This document shows, in pieces, positions 47,538 to 58,059 of a stretch of 64,000 nucleotides of DNA. Source of the DNA: a virus (lineage: Duplodnaviria > Caudoviricetes); IMG/VR virus record IMGVR_UViG_3300010370_000038, positions 876 to 64,875 of that record; one strand, written 5' to 3'. Within the stretch, counting starts at the first letter, position 1. The number at the start of each line of letters is the position of its first letter. The position numbers and the translations under genes are program-made. The notes beneath the pieces are model-generated. The model searched no databases. It worked only from the letters and a program-made list of their open reading frames with translations, and was not told the DNA's origin.

Positions 47538-49094
47538 ATGCCAGCTATAGTATCAGATCAGTTTAGAATTCTGAACGCAAAAAACTTTGTCGATGATATT
47601 GAAGATTCCAACAACTCATATTATGTAATGTTGGGTCTGTCGAATCCTACTGCGGTTGGGTTCGGCAGAAGTGCCAATTGGGATGATTTGACCCCATATC
47701 CAATTGATGATTTGAATAATTTAAATCACGTCAAAGATACCTTTTTATTCGGTAAGAAGATTACTTCAGATAATGTTAGAAGATTGATTAGAAGAGTAGA
47801 TTGGACACAGGGGACAATCTATGAAATGTATAGACATGATTATAACATCATCAATCCATCTCCAGTTACGAACTCGACTAGGTTATATGATGCAAATTAT
47901 TATGTAATGAATTCAAATTATCAAGTCTATATTTGTCTACAAAATGGATCTTCAGGTATCAATACGAGTGGTAATCAATCATTAGATGAACCAACTTTTA
48001 CTGACCTAGAACCTTCTAGAGCAGGTAATAGCGGAGATGGTTATGTGTGGAAATACATGTATACAGTTTCTCCTGGAGATATTATCAAGTTTGATACCCT
48101 TGAGTATATACCAGTTCCAAATAATTGGGAAACGGTTAGTGGGCAAGTTGCAGCAGTTAGAGAAAACGGAAATTCGGAACTAAATTTGAATCAAATAAAA
48201 ACAATTTATATAGAAAATCAAGGTTCTGGTTATGGTATAGGTCAAAATCAAGCGGTAGATATTTTGGGAGATGGAACAGGAGCTAAAGCTGTTCTTAACG
48301 TTGATAGTTCAGGAAAAATAACAGGAGCAACAGTTTCCTCTGGTGGAAAAGGATATACATATGGAATGGTAGATCTTTCAACCATAAATACAGGATCTAT
48401 CACTGACAGGGCATTTCTAATTCCAATTATTCCGCCATCAAAGGGTCATGGATATGATGTTTACAAAGAATTGGGTGCAGATAAAGTATTGATCTATGCT
48501 CGTTTTGATGATATTGCTGATTTTCCAACTAACTCAAAATTCTCTCAAGTTGGAATTCTAAAAAACCCAGTTTCTACTGGATCAACTGCAGTAATTAGTT
48601 CCGACTCATTTACAGCATGTAATGCTTTGGTGCTAGATACAATTTCTGATATTACGCAGATTACGGTTGGAGCAAAACTTAGACAAACTATAGGTGCTGG
48701 TCAAACTGCATTTGGTTATGTGACATCTTTTGATAAGGACACAAAAGTAGTTAGATACTATCAAGATAGATCACTATACTTTAACCAAAGCACCGCAAAT
48801 CAAGAAGATGACCCATTTGCTGCACCAGAAAGTTTTATTAAGTATGACTTTACGGGTGCAGTAGCCAATGTAACTATTGGATCTGCAAGTTGCACAATCA
48901 ACACTGGATTTACTGGAATTACTACGACTACAACTTCTGGTGCTGTAGTTGACTTAGGCATTAACTTCACAGGAGGCGTAGCTGTTCCAGAAATAGATAA
49001 GATGAGTGGTGATCTCATATATATTGATAACAGGGCTACCGTCACCCGAAACTTGAGACAAAGAGAAGACGTAAAAATCGTACTAGAGTTTTAA
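47538..49094 (+). CDS. gp8: Baseplate wedge subunit gp8
   Basis: MPAIVSDQFRILNA, RRVDW..G..Y.MY, VYICL.N, DGYVWKYMY, C-terminal SGDLIYIDNR...EDVKIVLEF. Confidence 0.95.
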   Translation: MPAIVSDQFRILNAKNFVDDIEDSNNSYYVMLGLSNPTAVGFGRSANWDDLTPYPIDDLNNLNHVKDTFLFGKKITSDNVRRLIRRVDWTQGTIYEMYRHDYNIINPSPVTNSTRLYDANYYVMNSNYQVYICLQNGSSGINTSGNQSLDEPTFTDLEPSRAGNSGDGYVWKYMYTVSPGDIIKFDTLEYIPVPNNWETVSGQVAAVRENGNSELNLNQIKTIYIENQGSGYGIGQNQAVDILGDGTGAKAVLNVDSSGKITGATVSSGGKGYTYGMVDLSTINTGSITDRAFLIPIIPPSKGHGYDVYKELGADKVLIYARFDDIADFPTNSKFSQVGILKNPVSTGSTAVISSDSFTACNALVLDTISDITQITVGAKLRQTIGAGQTAFGYVTSFDKDTKVVRYYQDRSLYFNQSTANQEDDPFAAPESFIKYDFTGAVANVTIGSASCTINTGFTGITTTTTSGAVVDLGINFTGGVAVPEIDKMSGDLIYIDNRATVTRNLRQREDVKIVLEF

Positions 49095-49098
49095 AACA

Positions 49099-52000
49099 AT
49101 GCCACAAAGAACTAACCTGAACATCAATCCATATTATGATGACTATGACCAAAATAGTAATTACTACAGAGTTCTATTTAAGCCTGGATTCCCAGTACAG
49201 GCGAGAGAATTAACTACTTCTCAATCGATTCTGCAGAATCAAGTTGAAAAATTTGCACGTCACTTCTTTAAAGATGGGTCGGTAGTTATTCCTGGTGGAG
49301 TAAGTTACGACTTAGATTATCCTGCGGTACAGATCGAATCAACTTTTCTGGGATTAGATGTTTCTGCGTATATTAAAAACTTTATTGGCAAAGAAATTAG
49401 AGGTCAAAGTTCTGGAGTAGAAGGACGAGTAGTAAATGTTCTTTCTGAGTCGGAATCGGATAGTGGAAATATCGTTCTCTATGTAAAATATACAACTGGT
49501 GCAAATGATAACTCAGTTGCTGTATTTTCTGATGGAGAGACTTTAATTGCTCTAGATACAATAACATATGGCAATACTACTATTGCCAGTGGCAATACAT
49601 TTGCGAATGTTATTCCCGATAATGCTACTGCTATTGGATCTGCAGCACACGTTGATAGAGGTACTTTCTTCTTCAGAGGGTTCTTTGTTGATGTAGAAAA
49701 GCAAAGTATCGTTCTTGATCAATTTGGAGATAAACCATCATATAGAGTTGGTTTACAAATTAGTGAAGAGATTATCAATGCTAAGCAAGATAATACTTTA
49801 TATGATAATGCAAAGGGATTTACGAATTATGCAGCTCCTGGAGCAGATAGATTTAAGATTGCAACAAAGTTAGTCAAAAAACCACTAACTGATTTAAATG
49901 ACGCAAACTTTGTAGAGTTGCTGAGACTCAATCTAGGTGTTCTTCAGATTGTACCAAATAAACCAGATTATGCTGTAGTTAAGGACTATATTGCACAAAG
50001 AGACTTTGAAAAAACAGGAAACTTCTTTGTAGAACCATTTAGTATCACTTTCCACGAAAGTTTAAACAATAGAAGAGGAAATGGTGGTCTATTCTATGAA
50101 AATCAAGTAACAGATCAAGGAAATGTCCCATCTGATGATTTACTTGCAATTTCTGTTGGTTCTGGAAAAGCATATGTAAAAGGATACGATATTGATAGAC
50201 CAATTGCTAGTATTCTTGATGTAGAAAAACCCAGAACTACAAGAAGAGTAGAGAATGTAAATGTCTCATTTACTATTGGAAATAGTGTTCGTTTAACGAA
50301 CGTAACTGGACATCCAGCAATTAAGCATGAGTTGGAATTATACAAGCAGAGATTGGGTGCTAATGGAACTACATTAGTAGGTCCAAAAATTGGAGATGCC
50401 AGGGTATATTCATTCCAACTAACATCAGGGGAGTATAAAGATGATACTACCCAATTTACAATGTATGTTTATGACTTGAATTTATATTCGTTCTTACATT
50501 TAGCAAACCCACTGAGCGCAACAGAACTTCCAGCAGGTTCTTATATTAAAGGTCAATCAAGTGGAGCAACTGGATATGTAACTGCTGCAGGTAGTGGATC
50601 TGCAAAAATTTATGTTAGAGATGTACTTGGAACGTTTATTCAAGGTGAAGATATTTGGATTAATGATAATGTAGAAAATAAAAGAAGAATTCTAGATACT
50701 AGAACTTTCAGTTCTAAAGATGTAAAATCCGTATATCAACAAGCATCTGCAAAAGGTCTTGCAGCTGATTTCTATGCTGATCTGGCATTAGATACTGTCC
50801 CAATTCCAGGATATAAAGATTCTGATGTATTTACATTAACAAACGCTGGACAGCTTACCATTGGCGATAAAGCAATTACTGGTATTACTACAGATACTCT
50901 GTATAGTATTAAGCAGGTTGGATTCCAAACCAGCACAATCTTTAGAGTAAAAGATATAGCAAAAACTGGGAAGGCAGTTACACTTGAAGCAGTAACCCCA
51001 GTTAATGGAATTAGTGGTGGAGGTCTTCCAGCAGCAACACTCAATACCACAATTGTAGCATTATCTCCTAGTTTGGCAAATACTTCCGATGATGGATTAT
51101 TTGCTGTACTACCTACAAATAATATTGCTTCGGTAACACTAGAAGAGTCTACTTTAGAATTTGTTGATCAAATTACAGCATTGACAACAAACGGAAGTGG
51201 TGAAATGACTATAACAAACACTACTGGTATTCAAGGTGCGTTGTTTGAAGATTTTGATGAAGATAGGTATTCTGTTGTCTATGACGATGGTTCTATCGCA
51301 ACGTTAACAGCAGAAAAATTTGAATTAAATAGCGGAACAAATACAGTTTTAATCAAAGGTCTAAAGGCAAACGAAACAAATGTAGTGGCAAATGTCACTA
51401 TGAAGAAGCCTAAGATGAAGGCTAAGCAAAAAGTTCTTAATAGATCTAAGGTTGTAAACATTGTAAAATCCAGTAAGAAAAATTCTGGTATTACTACAGG
51501 AACTAGTTTACTTGATGGATTACAATATAGTTCTTTCTATGCAACAAGGGTACAAGATAGTGAGATATGCATAAATTATCCAGATGTAGTTGAGGTTCTT
51601 GCAGTACATGAATCTTGGGATATCAATGCCCCAACTTTTGATAAGATTAACTTTAACTCGATTGAGAACATCCAACAAAGTGCAATCATTGGAGAAAATG
51701 TTGTTGGAGATGACAGCAAAGCAATTGCTAGAGTTGTTGGAAAGCCAGCTGCTGCTCAAATTGAGTTTATTTATTTAACTGATGCAAGATTTGCATTGGG
51801 TGAGAATGTACAGTTCCAAGAAAGTAAAATAATCGCAACGATTGATAGCATTGTAAATGGAAACTATAAAGATGTAACACATAGGTATTCATTAAATCAA
51901 CATCAAGAAAAGTCGTTCTACAACTATTCATCCATTCAGAGAACAGCAGTTAGTGGAAATCCGCCAACAAGACAATTAAAAGTTGTTTTTGACTATTATA

Positions 52001-55000
52001 CAATTCCAGCTGGAGATGATGGTGATATCATTACAGTAAACAGTTATCCACCAGAATCATACAGAAACAAGATTCCACATATTACGTCAAGGGTAAGTGA
52101 TAGAGATACAAACTGGGCAACTGATGTTCTTGACTTCAGACCATATGTAGATGTTTATAATCCAGATACAGCTTCGTATCCACCATATGATTTTGATAGT
52201 AGAAACTTTGACGCATCAGATAAACCAAAGATTCTGATGGCTCCTGGAGAAAGTCAAATTGTATCATTTGAATATTATTTGGCAAGAAAAGATAAACTTT
52301 TCTTAAATAAAAATGGAGAACTATTTGTTGTAAAGGGTCAACCTGGGGTTGGAAGTCCAGATGACTTGAACGAAGATAATATGCTCCTTGGTACTATTTC
52401 GTACCCAGCTTTCTGCGATAATGCAAATATGGTCACTATTGACTTGGAAAATCCAAGAAGATATACCTTTGCTGATCTCGTAAAAATGGAGCAGAGGATT
52501 GAGAGAATTGAAAAAGCAGTTTCCCTTTCCATGCTTGAAGAACAAACCAAGAACGTCGATGTTAGAGACGCCAATGGAAAATCAAGATTTAAGAATGGAT
52601 TTTTTGCTGACAATTTCCAAAGTAATGATCAAATTGATACAAACCATCCAGATAATAAGTGCGAACAGTCAACAGAAGACGAAGGTGTTGTAACTCCAGT
52701 TCCTTCCAATGGAAGTTTGAAGTCTTTGATTGTTACAGAAGCTACAACAAATGCCCAAACATTTGATAGTACAGTTAATTATACTCTATTAGATAACAAT
52801 ATTCAAAAATCTGGAGATCTTCTAACATTAAAGTATGTTGAAGAAGAATGGGTAAAACAGTTAGCTGCCACTGGAGTAAGCAATATTAACCCATTTAACG
52901 TTATTACATGGGCTGTTGCAATCACACTAACTCCAGATATTGATAGTTGGACTAGAAAAATTTATACTGAAAGAACTATCGAAATTAAAGGTCTCCAAAA
53001 ACAAGTTGCTGTTGTTACTTGGAGATGGAGATGGCACCGTAGAGGATACTGGTGGGGTTGGTGGGGTCATTATTGGCACTACTGGGCATACTGGGGTGGC
53101 TGGGCATGGGGTCACTGGGGAGGACACTGGTACGGTCACTGGGGCTGGGGCTGGTGGGGCTGGTGGGGCTACCGCTGGGGCTGGCACTATTATGGATGGT
53201 GGGGCTGGGGCTGGTGGCTCGCTCGTGGTTGGTGGTGGTGGGCACCATCTGTTTACTACGTTACTGTCGATCTTCCAACACCAGTACCTGCTGATACCAT
53301 CGAAATGACATCGAGGGTTGATGAGGATTACATGAGGTCGAGAAACGTATTGATGACAGCGGTAAGCTGTAAACCTAATACTAGATACTATCATTTCTTC
53401 GACGGAACTAATAACCTGGATATCATACCAAAACTTCTTGAAATCAAGGATGTTACTGGAGCATTCCAAGTTGGAGAAACTGTCAAGGGTACTAGTGGCA
53501 GCGCATCAATCACGTTTAGAGTCTGCACACCAAATCATAAGCAAGGACCATTTAATAACCCAGATAGAGCTTTCCAAACTAATCCATATAATAGTGGTTC
53601 TACAATTCCTTCAACATATTCAACTTCATCAACAATCTTGAATGTTGACGTTGCTGCTATGTCGGAAGAAGCGCAAGGTGCTTATTCTGGATATGTAGTT
53701 AATGATATGCTATTAGTTGGTCAAACTTCTGGTGCTACTGCAAAAGTTGCTAACATTCGTTTCATTTCTGATAACTTTGGTGATATATACGGATGCTTCT
53801 TCATCAGAGATCCTTTGGCAGATCCAGCACCACCAAATAGATTTAAGACTGGAACAAAACAATTTGTCTTGAATACTGATATCAATGACACAAAACCAAT
53901 TCCAGGAACAACTAAGATTTCTAGAGGCGCAGCTGATTACAAATCAACTGGTGTCGTTGAAACATGGAGAACGACTAAGTATAAGGTCTACTATCACAGA
54001 GACCCTCTTGCACAATCGTTTACTACTGATGCTAGTGGTGTTTATATCACAAGTATTGATGTTTGGTTCTACCAAAAGGACAATAAGTTGCCAGTCTTCT
54101 GCGAAATTAGACAGATGCAACTTGGAACTCCTACCAGAAATGTTCTTGAATATAGTGAGGTTAAGTTAGATCCAGACCAAGTTAAATTGGTTCCTGATGA
54201 TGGGGCTTCGGCAGGAGATGATACATACAAGACTACATTTACATTTAAATCTCCTGTATTCTGTTCTCCAAACGAAGAATTCTGTTTCGTTCTTCTATCT
54301 GAATCCGACCAATATGAAGTATTCCTCGCTAGAATGGGAGATAAGACACTTAATTACCAAGCATTTGGTTTAGGTGCCAACTCTCAACATAGTAAACAGT
54401 GGGGTGCTGGTTCTCTATTCAAGTCGCAGAACGGTTCTATCTGGACTGCAACTCAGGAAGAAGACTTAACATTCAGAATCAAGAGAGCTAAGTTTACTTC
54501 TAAGTCTGGTACTGTTTATCTACAGAATCCTGATCTTGATGTAAGTAACAACTATACCAGAAAACTTCGTGCTGATGCTTTCCAAGTCATTTCTAGATCG
54601 GTAACTATTGGTATCACAACAGTAAATCTTGGAACTCCACTAGCAGGTATCCTGACAACAGGCAGAAAGATTGGAGAAACAACAGCTGCAGAAAATCCAT
54701 CATCTACAGGAAAATCTTATATCTATGGCAATATCGAAAATGTTGGTGGTCCAATCGACATAACTTACGGATCTCTAGCTGGAGTTTCTACAGTTGCTAT
54801 TGGAGGAACTGGTTATATTGATGGACAATACACCAATGTAGAATTGTATGGCGTAAGTAGTAACGGAGATGGTGCTAGAGCAAACATTTTTGTTAAGGGT
54901 GGAAGTGTAACTGGTACTGGTGTAACTATAATTACAGCAGGACATGGTTATAAAGTTGGAGATATTTTGGGCATCACAACTTCCGATATTGGAGGTGCTG

Positions 55001-56526
55001 GAGCACAAGCTCAAATTGCTGTTGAAAAAATTAAAGGAATTGATAGACTTTTCTTACAAAATGTCAAGGCAAAAGAGTTTAAAGTTGGAGAAAGACTAGT
55101 TTACTTTAAGGATGATGATACCAGAGTATCTCTTGCCAATACAACTATTACTTTGTCAGCAAGAACTGGTCCTTCCGCTAATGAAGGGGACCTAATGCTC
55201 GTATATCTACCAAACCATGGTATGTACAGCGGTTCCAATAAAGTTGTTATTTCTGGCGTTGCTGACCTAGAGGATGCTACGCAATTAACAGCAAATGTAA
55301 CATCATCCAGTACAGTAGTTTCCATAGCATCTACAGTAAACTATGAGACATTTGAAGGTATGCCAGTTAGTGCAACAAATCCAGGATATGTCAAGATCGA
55401 TGAGGAAATTATTGCCTACACATCTGTTGGTTCTGGCAATTTGGTAATTTCTTCAAGAGGAGTAGATGGAACCATCCCAACTCCACATGATACTGGCGAA
55501 ACTGTAATGAAGTATGAAACTGCTGGCGTTTCGTTGAGAAGAATTAATAAGACTCATGACATAGACCCATATGAGTTTGATATTGATAATTACTATCTAA
55601 GAATAGATAGAACTGAAAGTGGAACTGATCGTTCTTCCGATGGAAGTTTGACCAATGCTCCAATGCTAAGTTTCAATAAACTTGGCGCTGTTGGTGGAAA
55701 CAATATCTATTCAACTTCAAACCTACTGTTCTGTGCTATCAATCCACAATATAGAATTATTCAACCAACTGGCGCAACTTCTGTATCTGCTCAAGTCAGA
55801 ACAATTACGGGAACAAGCCCAAGTGGAAGTGAAATATCATACATTGATCGTGGATACCAGGATATTCAATTGAATGAAGTAAATGAATTCCCAGATGTTA
55901 GAATGATTGCATCTAAAGTAAATGAAGATGCGTATAATACTGAACTATTCAGGAATAAGTCATTTACGACTGCAATTACTCTTGGAACCACAGATGAATA
56001 TGTATCACCTGCTCTAGATTCCACAATTGGTTCTACTGACTTTGAATTCTATAGATTAAACAAACCAGTATCTGATTATGCACTAGATGGTAGAATTAAT
56101 ATCTCTGGAGAAGATCCACATGCCAGCATATATGTAAGTAAACTGATCAACCTAGAAACTCCATCCGTTTCCCTCAAGTGTATCATTGAAGCTTATAGAC
56201 CAGAAAGTGCCGATTTCCGTGTAGCATATGCTATCAATACGGAGGGTCAGCAGGGAGAAGCACCATGGCGTCTCTTCCCAGGTTATGATAACTTAGTTGA
56301 TACTGATGGGGATGGTATTGGCGATAGCGTACTAAACCAGATTAATAATAATGGAAGAGCTGATCAAAAAATTAGAGCTTCTGCTAGTGGAGAATATATC
56401 CAATATGAATTTAATGCAGAAAATCTACAAAAGTTCAGCGCATTTAGAATTAAGATTATGATGTCTGGAACAAATGCGGCTCAACCGCCTAAATTTAGAT
56501 CGATACGAGTTATCGCCCTAACATAA
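49099..56526 (+). CDS. vrlC: VrlC-like (DUF4815) baseplate/virion structural protein, 2475 aa
   Basis: NLNINPYYDDY...VLFKPGFPVQARELT, APGADRFKI, RFKNGFFADNF, DPLAQSF, GSLFKSQNGSIW; follows gp8. Confidence 0.85.
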   Translation: MPQRTNLNINPYYDDYDQNSNYYRVLFKPGFPVQARELTTSQSILQNQVEKFARHFFKDGSVVIPGGVSYDLDYPAVQIESTFLGLDVSAYIKNFIGKEIRGQSSGVEGRVVNVLSESESDSGNIVLYVKYTTGANDNSVAVFSDGETLIALDTITYGNTTIASGNTFANVIPDNATAIGSAAHVDRGTFFFRGFFVDVEKQSIVLDQFGDKPSYRVGLQISEEIINAKQDNTLYDNAKGFTNYAAPGADRFKIATKLVKKPLTDLNDANFVELLRLNLGVLQIVPNKPDYAVVKDYIAQRDFEKTGNFFVEPFSITFHESLNNRRGNGGLFYENQVTDQGNVPSDDLLAISVGSGKAYVKGYDIDRPIASILDVEKPRTTRRVENVNVSFTIGNSVRLTNVTGHPAIKHELELYKQRLGANGTTLVGPKIGDARVYSFQLTSGEYKDDTTQFTMYVYDLNLYSFLHLANPLSATELPAGSYIKGQSSGATGYVTAAGSGSAKIYVRDVLGTFIQGEDIWINDNVENKRRILDTRTFSSKDVKSVYQQASAKGLAADFYADLALDTVPIPGYKDSDVFTLTNAGQLTIGDKAITGITTDTLYSIKQVGFQTSTIFRVKDIAKTGKAVTLEAVTPVNGISGGGLPAATLNTTIVALSPSLANTSDDGLFAVLPTNNIASVTLEESTLEFVDQITALTTNGSGEMTITNTTGIQGALFEDFDEDRYSVVYDDGSIATLTAEKFELNSGTNTVLIKGLKANETNVVANVTMKKPKMKAKQKVLNRSKVVNIVKSSKKNSGITTGTSLLDGLQYSSFYATRVQDSEICINYPDVVEVLAVHESWDINAPTFDKINFNSIENIQQSAIIGENVVGDDSKAIARVVGKPAAAQIEFIYLTDARFALGENVQFQESKIIATIDSIVNGNYKDVTHRYSLNQHQEKSFYNYSSIQRTAVSGNPPTRQLKVVFDYYTIPAGDDGDIITVNSYPPESYRNKIPHITSRVSDRDTNWATDVLDFRPYVDVYNPDTASYPPYDFDSRNFDASDKPKILMAPGESQIVSFEYYLARKDKLFLNKNGELFVVKGQPGVGSPDDLNEDNMLLGTISYPAFCDNANMVTIDLENPRRYTFADLVKMEQRIERIEKAVSLSMLEEQTKNVDVRDANGKSRFKNGFFADNFQSNDQIDTNHPDNKCEQSTEDEGVVTPVPSNGSLKSLIVTEATTNAQTFDSTVNYTLLDNNIQKSGDLLTLKYVEEEWVKQLAATGVSNINPFNVITWAVAITLTPDIDSWTRKIYTERTIEIKGLQKQVAVVTWRWRWHRRGYWWGWWGHYWHYWAYWGGWAWGHWGGHWYGHWGWGWWGWWGYRWGWHYYGWWGWGWWLARGWWWWAPSVYYVTVDLPTPVPADTIEMTSRVDEDYMRSRNVLMTAVSCKPNTRYYHFFDGTNNLDIIPKLLEIKDVTGAFQVGETVKGTSGSASITFRVCTPNHKQGPFNNPDRAFQTNPYNSGSTIPSTYSTSSTILNVDVAAMSEEAQGAYSGYVVNDMLLVGQTSGATAKVANIRFISDNFGDIYGCFFIRDPLADPAPPNRFKTGTKQFVLNTDINDTKPIPGTTKISRGAADYKSTGVVETWRTTKYKVYYHRDPLAQSFTTDASGVYITSIDVWFYQKDNKLPVFCEIRQMQLGTPTRNVLEYSEVKLDPDQVKLVPDDGASAGDDTYKTTFTFKSPVFCSPNEEFCFVLLSESDQYEVFLARMGDKTLNYQAFGLGANSQHSKQWGAGSLFKSQNGSIWTATQEEDLTFRIKRAKFTSKSGTVYLQNPDLDVSNNYTRKLRADAFQVISRSVTIGITTVNLGTPLAGILTTGRKIGETTAAENPSSTGKSYIYGNIENVGGPIDITYGSLAGVSTVAIGGTGYIDGQYTNVELYGVSSNGDGARANIFVKGGSVTGTGVTIITAGHGYKVGDILGITTSDIGGAGAQAQIAVEKIKGIDRLFLQNVKAKEFKVGERLVYFKDDDTRVSLANTTITLSARTGPSANEGDLMLVYLPNHGMYSGSNKVVISGVADLEDATQLTANVTSSSTVVSIASTVNYETFEGMPVSATNPGYVKIDEEIIAYTSVGSGNLVISSRGVDGTIPTPHDTGETVMKYETAGVSLRRINKTHDIDPYEFDIDNYYLRIDRTESGTDRSSDGSLTNAPMLSFNKLGAVGGNNIYSTSNLLFCAINPQYRIIQPTGATSVSAQVRTITGTSPSGSEISYIDRGYQDIQLNEVNEFPDVRMIASKVNEDAYNTELFRNKSFTTAITLGTTDEYVSPALDSTIGSTDFEFYRLNKPVSDYALDGRINISGEDPHASIYVSKLINLETPSVSLKCIIEAYRPESADFRVAYAINTEGQQGEAPWRLFPGYDNLVDTDGDGIGDSVLNQINNNGRADQKIRASASGEYIQYEFNAENLQKFSAFRIKIMMSGTNAAQPPKFRSIRVIALT

Positions 56527-56529
56527 TCC

Positions 56530-56558
56530 AAAGGCACCTAAATACAGGTGCCTTTTTT
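56530..56558 (+). terminator. Rho-independent terminator whose loop holds a late-promoter box
   Basis: AAAGGCACCT-AAATAC-AGGTGCCTTT followed by T's. Confidence 0.85.
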
Positions 56559-56568
56559 AATAGTTGTT

Positions 56569-57036
56569 ATGCAACCCCCCAATCAATCGGATTTTAACAA
56601 TTTCGTGAATATGACAAATATGCAGTCATATACACAAGCTGAATTGGAAAAAATGATGAGGGATAGGATACGAGATCCAAGAACCAATCCAGATGGTAGT
56701 GGAGAACCTCTTGGACCAAGTTGGAATATGGCTCAGGTTAGAGAAGAACGTGAAGATGCCAGTATTTTTGATTATGAAGACCATTTTGATTTAAGACCAG
56801 TTAAAGGGGAACCTGGATTATATAAAGATATGCGTACAGGTGCTGTCATAAATGTTGATAAAACTTCTTATCAAATGTATATGACAAATAAAAAAAAGTT
56901 GGATTATCAAAGACAAAAACAAGAAATTACCAATCAAAGAGTAGAAAAGATAGATTCTGATTTGTCTGATGTTAAAACAGAATTGTCTGAATTGAAAGGT
57001 CTAATTAAGGATTTAATCACTACACTAAATACATAG
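56569..57036 (+). CDS. Conserved cyanophage protein with C-terminal coiled coil (start uncertain)
   Basis: VKGEPGLYKDMRTGAVIN motif plus heptad tail; the ORF-track GTG at 56548 lies inside the terminator. Confidence 0.7.
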   Translation: MQPPNQSDFNNFVNMTNMQSYTQAELEKMMRDRIRDPRTNPDGSGEPLGPSWNMAQVREEREDASIFDYEDHFDLRPVKGEPGLYKDMRTGAVINVDKTSYQMYMTNKKKLDYQRQKQEITNQRVEKIDSDLSDVKTELSELKGLIKDLITTLNT

Positions 57037-57052
57037 TGTGTGATAAAAATAA

Positions 57053-57373
57053 ATGCTATCTACATCCTACAGACTTCGTTTAGAGGAGATTTGCAGAAAG
57101 ATTGTATCTCATGAAGAGGTCAGTTTAGAAGATATGATCTGGGCGGAGAAGTTGGCGAAAGCGAATAGATCCGCAGCAACACTTCTACGTCAAGCGAGAA
57201 GAACTGCAGAGAATCCAAACATGCAAGAAGGAGACCTTGATGATTTTTTAAATCAACTTGACATTGGTGGAACAGGGCATGAACGTTTCGGAAAGCGTGG
57301 ATTTGATAGTGTAGATGAGCTTGCAGATTGGTTTACTCAAGATAAACCAGACGATTGGAGACAAAGGGATTGA
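57053..57373 (+). CDS. Conserved cyanophage hypothetical protein
   Basis: MLSTSYRLRLEEIC...DMIWAEKLAKAN...DDWRQRD. Confidence 0.85.
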   Translation: MLSTSYRLRLEEICRKIVSHEEVSLEDMIWAEKLAKANRSAATLLRQARRTAENPNMQEGDLDDFLNQLDIGGTGHERFGKRGFDSVDELADWFTQDKPDDWRQRD

Positions 57374-57579
57374 TGACTTACGATGAGTTTTTAGATAAAG
57401 ATACAACTTTTCTGGATGATATGGACAGATTAATCCAGATCAAACATAAGCATCGTATGGAATTTACCGAAGAAGAAAAGATAATTAATCAACATCTAAT
57501 TACTTATGCAGAGGAAATGAAGATAAATGAACTTAGATTTCAATTTGAAAAATGTTTTAGAATTGATGAGGACTCATAA
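57373..57579 (+). CDS. Hypothetical protein
   Basis: TGATG overlap; starts MTYDEFLD. Confidence 0.65.
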   Translation: MTYDEFLDKDTTFLDDMDRLIQIKHKHRMEFTEEEKIINQHLITYAEEMKINELRFQFEKCFRIDEDS

Positions 57580-57608
57580 ATAATTAATAATAGTAGTCTT
57601 TTGCAAAA

Positions 57609-57944
57609 ATGTCAGTATATGTAAGAAATATTGTCATTCATTCGGGATCAACTTTTTCTGAAACTTTTAATCTGACAAACTCAGATAATTCAGCTTTCAG
57701 TTTGGTTGGTTGTGGTATAAGTGCTGTGATGAAAAAGCATCCACGAGCATCAACTGGTGTTGGATTTGCAGTTACAACTACAAGCCCATCAACAGGAGAA
57801 TTGAGGGTTTCTATGGGATCGACTGATACATCTTCTCTTAAAGAAGGAAGGTATCAATATGATGTATTAGTAACAAAATCAAATGGAGATAAGATAAGAG
57901 TTTTGGAAGGTTCTGTTATGGTTAGAGCAGGAGTTACCACATGA
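57609..57944 (+). CDS. Small virion structural protein (Ig-like adaptor)
   Basis: NIVIHSGSTF...GRYQYDVLV...RVLEGSV.V..GVT; ATAAATA upstream. Confidence 0.75.
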   Translation: MSVYVRNIVIHSGSTFSETFNLTNSDNSAFSLVGCGISAVMKKHPRASTGVGFAVTTTSPSTGELRVSMGSTDTSSLKEGRYQYDVLVTKSNGDKIRVLEGSVMVRAGVTT

Positions 57945-58059
57945 AAATAACAATACAAGTAGATGAAATCTTAAAGGCAAAGATTCAAAATACCAGCATT
58001 GGGAGGAAAGTAACCCTTCTAAATAATAATAATCCTAAAATTAGAGTAAAAGGATAAGA

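Noticed and set aside
52940-53308. Gly/Thr-rich alternative-frame ORF (and the Pro-rich antisense ORF 52927-53469) as the real product
   Set aside because: Expected shadows of TGG/GGN-rich DNA; synonymous variation favours the Trp frame and the main ORF is uninterrupted. A read check is still advisable.
31857-56526. Inteins or introns explaining the very large gp7 and VrlC-like genes
   Set aside because: No intein splice motifs or LAGLIDADG blocks seen and the frames are continuous; size is explained by repeated structural domains
57941-58057. Possible 38-aa ORF (MKITIQVDEILKAK...) before gp13
   Set aside because: Short, no recognisable motif, and it contains the late box for gp13; cannot be supported from sequence alone
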